Source: a virus. Taken from it: a stretch of DNA of 49,461 nucleotides. How positions within the stretch are numbered: position 1 is the first letter of the stretch; each line of letters begins with the position of its first letter. Below are positions 8,794 through 15,913 of this stretch, one piece after another. A program made the position numbers and the translations under genes. The notes below the pieces were generated by a model. The model was not told where the DNA came from, did not search any database, and saw only the letters and a program-made list of their open reading frames with translations. The stretch is taken from IMG/VR virus record IMGVR_UViG_3300044501_000030. One strand, given 5' to 3'.

Positions 8794-9026
8794 GTGATCT
8801 CTAACGTTCTCATCTTGCGGCGCAGGCGTTCACGACCGATGCCGAGCATCCGCGCCGTGCGGCTCTGGTTCCCCTTCGCGGCACGAAGGGTCTGCTGGAT
8901 GGCGTCGCGCTCCACGGTGCGGAGGATAGCACGAAGATCCACGCGACCGTAGACCAAAAGCTCCGCACCGACGTCGAGCGGCGGACGCCCCGGCCCGCCT
9001 CTAGGCACGTAGACGAAGGGCAGCAT
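8790..9026 (-). CDS. Fis/NtrC-C-terminal-type HTH DNA-binding protein (78 aa)
   Basis: ERDAIQQTLRAAKGNQSRTARMLGIGRERLRRKMRTLEI is a textbook Fis-family (HTH_8) helix-turn-helix. Confidence 0.7.
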   Translation of the reverse strand: MLPFVYVPRGGPGRPPLDVGAELLVYGRVDLRAILRTVERDAIQQTLRAAKGNQSRTARMLGIGRERLRRKMRTLEIT

Positions 9027-10326
9027 ACCGACCGACTGTCTTCCGCAGCGTCTCGTAGGTCTCGGCGGTGAGCGGCATGCCGTACAGACTCTCAGCGTCC
9101 GGCATGGGGCCAGGGCTGTTCATCATCTCCGCCAAGGCGAGATCGCGCCCATCCTCCGTGAACCGCAGTTCACCATTTTCGATCGCGAACGTGCGGAGAT
9201 CGCTTTCTTGAAAGTCCGTAAGATCAGGATTCGCGGCGGAGTTCATGTAGAGCAAGTTGAACAAAATCCCCATCTCTTTTCGGAGACGATCGATCGTGCC
9301 TCCATCGCCATTTGGATCGAAGTGCTCGGGCCAAATGATGTGGCCCTCCTCGATCACCGCGCGCGTCACGACGTGGACAGAGGGATCGTTTTCGATGATG
9401 TAGGCGTTGACGTCGTAGATTGTCCACCGCGTCGAGATGTTGAGTTCGATACATCCCGGCTTACCAATCAAGGCGCGGCTCGCGACGTGCCAGTCGAGTG
9501 CCGATTGCATGACGACGGGAGAGTTTGCAGCCTCCCATGTGGCGATGTCGTCCTTCGCGAGCGCACTTGGGTGTGTCCCGGTCGTGGCCCCACCAACGCC
9601 AGAGGCCCAGATGGTAGGGTCCGGCCACGGTCGAGGACCGTAGGGATAGGGGAATGTGAGCGCCTTCGCGTTCCAATCCCGCTTCGGCGGTGTGCGCCAG
9701 AAGCACTCCGGCCAGAGCGCACGAAGGAGTTGGTTTCCATCGGCGTGCGCCTGGATCACCGAGAGGTGAGACATCGCGCGCAGCTCCGTCTCCCCCGCAA
9801 GGAAGATCCGCTGATCCAATCCGCGTTCGTTCGGAAAGTAGATGTTGTGGTCCTTCGGCTGGATGACAACGTGGAGTGGCCAACTGCGCCCCACGATAGT
9901 TGATTTGCCTGATTCACGTGGTGCCAGGATGAGGACACGCCACGGCTCCGGTCGCGGGGTCTGCACTTCTTGGCACAGTTCTTTGTGGAAGGTCGTGAAG
10001 AACTCGTAGCCGAGGACGACTTTGGCGAACACGTAGAGATGGCGTTCCGCTTTCGTGCGAAACGACGTGACCCAACTATCCTCTGCGGTTGTGGCGCCTG
10101 CCTGACGGACTTGCTCGTTTGGTTGGACGACCAACTCCACGCGTGGGGGGACACCGTCTGGGAAGAGCGCCGCGTCCTCAGGGAGAAGATCGTATCGCGC
10201 TCTCGGCGCCTTCTTCCCAAACACCCGGTCGGTCGCCCAGCCACGGACAGCGGTGACTGCGGCGTCGCCCCGTGCAGTGGCGACTTCCGCAAGCACTTTA
10301 GCAAAGCGAGATTGCTGGCTCATCAA
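9001..10326 (-). CDS. terL: Terminase large subunit, N-terminal ATPase domain ORF (441 aa)
   Basis: Walker A LILAPRESGKST. It also has a TerL-type coupling motif ISTRWTIYD and a downstream ...NLLYMNSAANP... linker. It ends where the nuclease domain normally begins. Confidence 0.75.
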   Translation of the reverse strand: MMSQQSRFAKVLAEVATARGDAAVTAVRGWATDRVFGKKAPRARYDLLPEDAALFPDGVPPRVELVVQPNEQVRQAGATTAEDSWVTSFRTKAERHLYVFAKVVLGYEFFTTFHKELCQEVQTPRPEPWRVLILAPRESGKSTIVGRSWPLHVVIQPKDHNIYFPNERGLDQRIFLAGETELRAMSHLSVIQAHADGNQLLRALWPECFWRTPPKRDWNAKALTFPYPYGPRPWPDPTIWASGVGGATTGTHPSALAKDDIATWEAANSPVVMQSALDWHVASRALIGKPGCIELNISTRWTIYDVNAYIIENDPSVHVVTRAVIEEGHIIWPEHFDPNGDGGTIDRLRKEMGILFNLLYMNSAANPDLTDFQESDLRTFAIENGELRFTEDGRDLALAEMMNSPGPMPDAESLYGMPLTAETYETLRKTVGRYAALRLRA

Positions 10327-10907
10327 TCTCCCTCGCGCATCTCTTGCTGGCGCAGTTCGGCAACCACGTCGTCGAGCGCCCGCACCACGATGGGCTCAGG
10401 TGGCGGGGGACTCCATTGAAGTTGGTCGTCGACCACGACTTCACTGTCTTCCACGTGCGTTGATTCCACGTCGATCGGATCGCCGATCTCGTCGCACACC
10501 CGCTGCGCCAGTTGCTTCTGCGCATGCTCGACGGTGATGGTGAGGCTATTCTTCACTCCGTCTTCCGACTTGCGGGGAATCTGGCGATCGAAGAGCATGC
10601 CGGCGGCGGAGAGACGCACGCGGGCATCTTCGGGGTCCGCAAACTCCCCATCGCGCACGCTGCGGATGAAGTCGACGTTGTAGGGGGCATCGCCGAGCAA
10701 CTTGTCCATCGCGTTCTTGACCCCGTAGGTCGTCATCTCCCGCTGGTGCTGCGCGACGAGGGTCTTGAAGAGCGGAGAGGATTTGATGACCGAGATGCGC
10801 GCGGCGTTGCAGTGCAATTGCTTCGCGATCTCGCTGTTCTTCATGCCGGCCGCGACCATGAAGGCCATCAGCTTGTGGTTCTCCGAGAGTTTCGCGGGGA
10901 CGCTCAT
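10323..10907 (-). CDS. HTH protein, small-terminase candidate (194 aa from the internal ATG)
   Basis: Track ORF 10323..11216 trimmed to the ATG at 10907 (ATGA overlap with the upstream ORF). It has an HTH-like MKNSEIAKQLHCNAARISVIKS and a 4-nt overlap with the TerL ATPase ORF. Confidence 0.45.
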   Translation of the reverse strand: MSVPAKLSENHKLMAFMVAAGMKNSEIAKQLHCNAARISVIKSSPLFKTLVAQHQREMTTYGVKNAMDKLLGDAPYNVDFIRSVRDGEFADPEDARVRLSAAGMLFDRQIPRKSEDGVKNSLTITVEHAQKQLAQRVCDEIGDPIDVESTHVEDSEVVVDDQLQWSPPPPEPIVVRALDDVVAELRQQEMREGD

Positions 10908-11341
10908 GCGACGACCTTCCCCCATACAGGGACGGCGGCCGGTCCGTGGTACGTGCGCCGCCGTCCCTTCTTTTTCTTCGGTTGCACCACTCGCGTGGGT
11001 TGCGTCTGCGCGAGAAAACGCACCCGTGCGTTGTGCAACCCCTTGCGGCGTTCGAACTGTGCTAGATGTGCACGGATTGCGCTGCAATCCCACGGTGGGC
11101 CGAGCCATTGGCAGAGTTCGTCGAAGTCTCGCGAGAAGAACCACCGCCGTGCATTCCACCCGTCCATGTTGGATTGCCCCAAGCACGAGAGGGCGTCGGC
11201 GATGACCGCGAGCCAAAGCTTACGCTCAGGGCTGAGCGATGGGGAGGACTCCGGCGTGGTGAGAATGTTCGCTTCGAGCAGCTGTGCCGCCGCGACGTGC
11301 AGATTCAGTCGTGGGTCGCCAGCGTTCCACGCCGGATGCAT
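10904..11341 (-). CDS. Hypothetical protein (145 aa)
   Basis: Track ORF with protein-like composition (…KLWLAVIADALSCLGQ…ARRWFFSRDFDELCQWLG…), translationally coupled to the next gene. Confidence 0.6.
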   Translation of the reverse strand: MHPAWNAGDPRLNLHVAAAQLLEANILTTPESSPSLSPERKLWLAVIADALSCLGQSNMDGWNARRWFFSRDFDELCQWLGPPWDCSAIRAHLAQFERRKGLHNARVRFLAQTQPTRVVQPKKKKGRRRTYHGPAAVPVWGKVVA

Positions 11342-11617
11342 GGGCTGAGCAGTACACCGTTCTGGTGCTCAGCACAAGAGGAACACACTGGACGCACGGA
11401 GGCTGTGGGTGCGTGCCACAGCCGTGGTCCGTGCAGGAGGGGAGGCGAGAGAAGAGAATGCTACGCCGAACGCTTCGGTGCTGTCAAGGGCTTCGCCGTT
11501 CGCTAGAGCAGCACGGGTGGGCAAGAACCATACCACGCGCGAGACGCCATGGAGAGCGACGCAGGACCCTCGGTTGGGGCTGGAGTATCAACTTGGAGCG
11601 CTATGACCCACAGCCGG

Positions 11618-12151
11618 TCACTGTGGCGCGTCCCCCTGCCTGAGCGGCGTGAACCACGGCGTATGCACGACGAACGCAATGCGGAGCGGCAAGGTGTGTC
11701 CGCTGGCCGGCCCTGCCGGCAGCGCAATCGGTGTCCCCTCGATCCGCGCCCGATCACGGATCTGCTCCAACAGCCGGAGATCGCCGATCTCAAACGGCGG
11801 TGTGCGCCCCGTGACCTGCACCACGTATGACTGCGCGCCCTCCACGGTCAGCACCCCAGTTTGGTCCGTGAGGAACGCGAGTGACGCCTTCTGGCGGAGC
11901 TTCCGTCCTGCCTCGTCGCGTTGCAGGAGTATCCGATCGTGCGGCCCGTAGAGGCCGGAGACGCGTAGCTGCGTCAGCTGTGACGGGATACTATTGCACG
12001 CCCCGAACGCGAGTCGCGCCCCGCAAGCGCCGATGAGGAATGCTGTCACGATCCAGCGCGCGCGCAGCAGACCGGCGACGCCGATCATGTAGGCCACAGC
12101 CCACCGTGGCGGCAGGAGCGCGGGGGAATGCATCATGAGGCCGATAGTCAT
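11618..12151 (-). CDS. Membrane-anchored hypothetical protein (177 aa)
   Basis: Track ORF 11618..12208 trimmed to the ATG at 12151, preceded by AGGAGG. The N-terminal region is hydrophobic. Confidence 0.55.
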   Translation of the reverse strand: MTIGLMMHSPALLPPRWAVAYMIGVAGLLRARWIVTAFLIGACGARLAFGACNSIPSQLTQLRVSGLYGPHDRILLQRDEAGRKLRQKASLAFLTDQTGVLTVEGAQSYVVQVTGRTPPFEIGDLRLLEQIRDRARIEGTPIALPAGPASGHTLPLRIAFVVHTPWFTPLRQGDAPQ

Positions 12152-12260
12152 AACGCCTCCTGTTTTCCGGTCCGCGCCTGGAGCTGCGCGAGGAGTGTCA
12201 GGCATCACGCACTGGGGAGAAGATCACCCATGGTGGGATCATGGAACATGCGTCCGATGT

Positions 12261-12593
12261 TCATGGTGCCTCCCTGCCACAGTTTTCCACACGATCACAG
12301 ATGTGGTCCACGATGGTTTTGGTGTCTCGTGCCCACCCGAGGCACTCCAACCAGTTCGTTGCGATCTCCGAAAGGCACTCTCGCTCCGCGTCGCGACCGG
12401 CTGCCGTGCAGACGTCGAGATCCTCGGTGCAGGTGTCCAACTCCGTGACATTCTCGTCGGCGCAGTCACGGCGATCGAGTGCCACGTCCGCCCGACAGTC
12501 GAGACGGTCGACGCGGTACTGCGCCGTGTTCTGCGCGAGGCAGAGCGTGTGAGCGTCGGCGCAGGTGAGGACGAGGAGCAGGGAGAGGATCAT
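12261..12593 (-). CDS. Cys-rich secreted/lipoprotein-like protein (110 aa, MILSLLLVLTCADAH...)
   Basis: Only the 3' 110 codons of track ORF 12261..13217 look real. ATG at 12593 forms an ATGA overlap with the upstream ORF. It has a signal-like N-terminus and 11 Cys. Confidence 0.5.
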   Translation of the reverse strand: MILSLLLVLTCADAHTLCLAQNTAQYRVDRLDCRADVALDRRDCADENVTELDTCTEDLDVCTAAGRDAERECLSEIATNWLECLGWARDTKTIVDHICDRVENCGREAP

Positions 12594-12913
12594 GCCTTCG
12601 GCACGTCTAACCAGGCCGCCACTGTCTCTGCCCCGGTCTTGCTGCACCAGACCCACCACCTTCCAGCAGGGGCAACCGTCGACAAGGCCAACTCTCCCCG
12701 CGCGACGCCGTCCTTGATGTTCATGGTGAGGAACTCTTGGCGGAGTTCCTGGGCGGGAGGCTGGATGAGTCGGCAGTTCATCGTCTTCGAGGCAACGGGT
12801 GTTCCGTCGATGTTGGTGACAGGACAGGTGACGCGGACGAGACGGGTGCGATGGCCAGTACCACCAGGGATCACCTCTGCGGTGATCGGACCCAACGTGG
12901 ATTCGTGTTGCAT
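12590..12913 (-). CDS. Hypothetical protein (107 aa), first gene of the leftward block
   Basis: Track ORF with GGAGGG upstream of the ATG. Confidence 0.6.
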   Translation of the reverse strand: MQHESTLGPITAEVIPGGTGHRTRLVRVTCPVTNIDGTPVASKTMNCRLIQPPAQELRQEFLTMNIKDGVARGELALSTVAPAGRWWVWCSKTGAETVAAWLDVPKA

Positions 12914-13466
12914 GGTGTGCCCTCCTCGCCTTGGCGTACTCCACGCTGGAGCCGAAGGCTAGAGAAGAAAAAGCGAAACAGTCACTTAGAGCACCACGAG
13001 GGCCGTTGGGCACAGCGAGTGAGGGAGGGCCACACGAGGGTGGGGCCGAAGGCCAGCCACTTGTAGTCACTGTCGTACTGTGGCTCGTGTCCACTACACC
13101 CTGAAAATGGTGTCCACGTATTTCACGTCCTTTCACGCATAGCGTGAAAGTTCGCTGGGGGGTCCCCCACCCCCTCTCTGAGACCGTGGTAGGATTTTTG
13201 CAGTTGCGAGGGAACACCGAGATAACTGACTGACTGGGTCAGTCACATGTAGCATTGCTCAGCACTATTCAATTGCTCAGCAACAGCGAACCAATCAAAC
13301 AGGCGAACATCCAGCAAAAGAGATCAATTGCTGAGCTAGCAAAGCTACGTCTACCAAGGCGTAGCCAGCATTCCAGTTGCTGAGCGAATGAGGCGAACAA
13401 GGGGCGAACATTGAGCGATTTGCCTAGAGCCGCAAGGGTTGAATTGCTCAGCATATGATTATCACT

Positions 13467-13475
13467 ATTATACCA
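13467..13475 (-). promoter_or_regulatory. Extended -10 promoter element (TGGTATAAT), leftward
   Basis: The reverse complement of 13467-13475 reads TGGTATAAT (TGnTATAAT). It has AT-rich upstream DNA and mirrors the rightward element. Confidence 0.5.
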
Positions 13476-13567
13476 GAAAAGTCTATAAATAAATCTGTCT
13501 CTGTGTCTATATATATATATATATTTATTCATATACAGATTTATTTACAGATTTATTCACACTTTCC

Positions 13568-13576
13568 TGGTATAAT
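13568..13576 (+). promoter_or_regulatory. Extended -10 promoter element (TGGTATAAT), rightward
   Basis: TGGTATAAT read directly, with AT-rich upstream DNA. No good -35 was found. Confidence 0.5.
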
Positions 13577-13935
13577 GGTGATAATCACCTGCTCAGCAAT
13601 TCCAGCCACGTCTACCAACGAAAACAGCACCATTTTCGCCCCATCTTCGCTCCAATTGCTGAGCACTACAAACCACGTCCACCAACGATTTGCGCCCTTT
13701 CAAGCGTATAACGCCACACGCGCTGAAACGTTGGAATTCTCTGCGATTGAGGCCAAAGTGAGGTGACACCGCCCGCAAGCGGTATATGTAACAAGTGACG
13801 CAATTGCATTCCTGTCGTGCACAACTGTCGAATCACGCACAAACGCACGAACGTGAAGTGAGCAAAATCACGGTTTCGTGCTGGTACACGAATTGCAGTA
13901 CAAGCAGACAGTGTCTACCAAAACGGAGGGCGACC

Positions 13936-14277
13936 ATGATCACAAAAGCACAAGCAATGGCAGCACACAGCAACCAAGAATTTCACCACACCGGTCGGCA
14001 CGAATGCACGCGTACAGTCGGATCACGTGGTGGCATCACAGAGGACATCGTGAAGGTGCGTGTCTCCGGCCAGTGTCAAACGTGGAAGACGCGGCCCGAC
14101 GAATTCCGACTCCCCGTGAAGTATGGCCTGTACAAGTCGGCCGCGATCGACCATACGAACGCACACGAATGGCACACACTAGCTGACTGCCCGCTGCGCC
14201 AACAAGAGCGCTGTACCGTGCCACACGCACATGTGAGCAGCGCATATGATTGCGCAAACAAGTATCACAACCACTAA
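13936..14277 (+). CDS. Hypothetical early protein (113 aa)
   Basis: Track ORF 13795..14277 trimmed to the ATG at 13936, preceded by GGAGGG. Confidence 0.6.
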   Translation: MITKAQAMAAHSNQEFHHTGRHECTRTVGSRGGITEDIVKVRVSGQCQTWKTRPDEFRLPVKYGLYKSAAIDHTNAHEWHTLADCPLRQQERCTVPHAHVSSAYDCANKYHNH

Positions 14278-14432
14278 GAGGCACGCGATGGCAGGCACAG
14301 TCCTCATGCTGGTATTGTGGATCTTGATCGCAATGACCGCTGGCCTGCTGTGATTCCACACGGCTCCGCCTTTCACCCGAAGGGCGGCGCGGCGTGCAAT
14401 CACGCACGAGAAAACGAAGGGAGCGAAAACCC

Positions 14433-14627
14433 ATGAGCAAGAAAGACTATGAGGCCATCGCCAACGTGTTGGCCCTTACTGCTGAGAAGTCGCCTGCCGG
14501 CTTCTCCTCAAGTGAGTGGTCCGACGTCATCTCTATCTTCGCGCAGCGACTCGCGGACTGCTTCGCCCAAGACAATCCGCGCTTCGACCGTGCGCGCTTC
14601 CTTCGCGCGTGCGAGGTGCTCTCATGA
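14433..14627 (+). CDS. Hypothetical early protein (64 aa)
   Basis: Internal ATG preceded by GAAGGGAG. Its stop overlaps the next start (ATGA). Confidence 0.55.
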   Translation: MSKKDYEAIANVLALTAEKSPAGFSSSEWSDVISIFAQRLADCFAQDNPRFDRARFLRACEVLS

Positions 14628-14980
14628 GTGACCGAGCGACCTACAACGGGTGGAGCAACTACGAGACCTGGTGTGTCAAGCTGTGGATCGACCAGTATCG
14701 GAACTGGCAGGAGCAAGCACGCCAGGTATGGGACGCGACCGACCCCGACGAAGTGTTCAATGAGCGCTCGGCGCTGGCACGCCTCACACTCGCAAACCAA
14801 CTGCAAAGCGCCCACGAGGACGCCCGCGCAGAGTTGTTCCACGGGAATGCCAACGTCCTCAGTGACCTGCTCGGCGCCGCGCTCTCAGAAGTTGACTGGT
14901 CCGAGATCGCAGACGCGATGCTCCAAGCGACGTCTCGTCGAAGCCGCCGGCGACGATCGAGTGGGAAGACGAAAAACTAG
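14624..14980 (+). CDS. Hypothetical early protein (118 aa; MSDRATYNGWSNYETWCVKLWI...)
   Basis: In-frame part of track ORF 14516..14980 with an ATGA overlap. The NGWSNYETW-type N-terminus recurs in phage hypothetical proteins, from memory. Confidence 0.6.
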   Translation: MSDRATYNGWSNYETWCVKLWIDQYRNWQEQARQVWDATDPDEVFNERSALARLTLANQLQSAHEDARAELFHGNANVLSDLLGAALSEVDWSEIADAMLQATSRRSRRRRSSGKTKN

Positions 14981-15006
14981 AAGGCTACACGCCAGAGCGC
15001 TAGCGC

Positions 15007-15036
15007 TTGACACTGTGGGCCACACTGTGCTAAGAT
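15007..15036 (+). promoter_or_regulatory. Sigma70-type promoter TTGACA-18 nt-TAAGAT
   Basis: TTGACA at 15007-15012 and TAAGAT at 15031-15036, in a 155-bp non-coding gap. It is flanked by palindrome AGCGCTAGCGCT (14996-15007), hairpin 15038-15058 and CTGCATAG repeats. Confidence 0.5.
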
Positions 15037-15134
15037 TGAGTCACTCCGAGCGTGACTCTATGCAGTACGCCTTTTGTTCGCCTGATTGGTTCACTGCATA
15101 GCATTGCCTGCATAGCAAGCAAAGAGGAGCGACC

Positions 15135-15521
15135 ATGCATCAAGACATTGACAAGCTGGCCAACCAAGCGGCCGGGAACTGGTATTCGTTGATGAAACTG
15201 CGCAAGGACAAAGGCAGCATGCTCTACTTGACACACAAGCAGCCGTCGTGGTACACACACGAAAGGAGCCTCACCATGTCGCAAGAGTACAGCGATCCAA
15301 ATCGAGCAACCGATCCGCTTCCGAAACCGATTGACATCACAATCGAGAACCACAGAAGCGTGTTCCTGTTTCATCTACATTCAGACGCCGCACGAACATG
15401 GGTCGAGGACAACGTGAGCACCGAATCGTGGCAGTGGTTCGGTCAGGCACTTGCGGTCGACCACCATTGTGCGCGGGACCTGGCGCAAGGCATGCTCGAC
15501 GACGGCTTCACAGTCGAGTGA
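15135..15521 (+). CDS. Hypothetical early protein (128 aa; alternative start at 15276)
   Basis: Track ORF with AGAGGAG upstream of 15135. A second SD+ATG at 15276 is also possible. Confidence 0.55.
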   Translation: MHQDIDKLANQAAGNWYSLMKLRKDKGSMLYLTHKQPSWYTHERSLTMSQEYSDPNRATDPLPKPIDITIENHRSVFLFHLHSDAARTWVEDNVSTESWQWFGQALAVDHHCARDLAQGMLDDGFTVE

Positions 15522-15526
15522 ACCCA

Positions 15527-15736
15527 ATGGACCCCAACGAAATCCTCACAGAGATCCGCAACCTCACAAGGATCATCGGCTACGCGCCCGCCGCCGACGC
15601 ACCGCATCGGCTTGCCGAACTAGTCGACGAGCTAGACACGTGGATCACTCGGGGCGGGTTCCTACCAGACGCGTGGTTTGGTAGTGCACTGAAGACCGTC
15701 ACGACAGTACGAAAGGACCCCAATGTGTGTTCCTGA
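15527..15736 (+). CDS. Hypothetical early protein (69 aa)
   Basis: In-frame ATG within track ORF 15398..15736, 6 nt after the preceding stop. Confidence 0.5.
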   Translation: MDPNEILTEIRNLTRIIGYAPAADAPHRLAELVDELDTWITRGGFLPDAWFGSALKTVTTVRKDPNVCS

Positions 15737-15805
15737 CTGCGACCAGCCCTTCACCGCCGTGTACGGGATTTGCACGATGTCCACATGCTGAACGAGGTCA
15801 CGGTG

Positions 15806-15913
15806 ATGCGTGAAGTCTTTTTGAATTGGCTGCTCTTCTTTTTGGTGGGGCTCTACTTCCTCATACTTAGCCTCGCGCTGTTTTCACTCTTCGCAGCAAT
15901 CGTCCTCCCATGA
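15806..15913 (+). CDS. Mini membrane peptide (35 aa; MREVFLNWLLFFLVGLYFLILSLALFSLFAAIVLP)
   Basis: Hand-translated. It ends in an ATGA overlap with the helicase start. Its C-terminus AAIVLP is shared with the peptide at 18962..19048. Confidence 0.45.
   Translation: MREVFLNWLLFFLVGLYFLILSLALFSLFAAIVLP

Larger units (their letters stand above)
13441..13602. repeat. Imperfect 36-bp inverted repeat arms (13441-13476 / 13567-13602) flanking a roughly 90-bp AT-rich core
   Basis: Left arm is GAATTGCTCAGCATATGATTATCACTATTATACCAG. The reverse complement of the right arm is GGAATTGCTGAGCAGGTGATTATCACCATTATACCAG. The core holds an alternating AT run (13508-13524) and tandem ACAGATTTATT copies (13535-13545, 13547-13557). 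Confidence 0.85.
13254..13665. promoter_or_regulatory. Cluster of 7 copies of the palindromic motif AATTGCTSAGCA (operator/iteron-like)
   Basis: Copies at 13254-13264, 13271-13283, 13326-13336, 13375-13385, 13442-13453, 13590-13601 (inverted) and 13654-13665. Confidence 0.7.

Noticed and set aside
10908-11216. N-terminal 103-aa extension of ORF 10323..11216
   Set aside because: The extension overlaps the well-formed ORF 10904..11341 in another frame and has an Arg/Thr/Gly-rich composition. The ATG at 10907, with its ATGA coupling, is the likelier start.
12594-13217. 5' two-thirds of the 318-aa minus-strand ORF 12261..13217
   Set aside because: The translation is rich in Arg, Pro and His and is implausible. 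It overlaps the better-supported ORF 12590..12913 and extends into the non-coding control region. Only the last 110 codons (from ATG 12593) look genuine.
13269-13532. 87-aa minus-strand ORF (and the 103-aa plus-strand ORF 13455..13766) in the AT-rich region
   Set aside because: They run through the TA-repeat core, the promoters and the motif copies. The translation (MNKYIYIYRHRDRFIY…) simply reflects the repeats. The region is treated as regulatory DNA.
13254-13665. Possible CRISPR array, because of repeated AATTGCTSAGCA copies
   Set aside because: The repeats are only 12 bp, palindromic, in both orientations and irregularly spaced (6-125 bp). There are no cas genes. They fit operators or iterons, not CRISPR.
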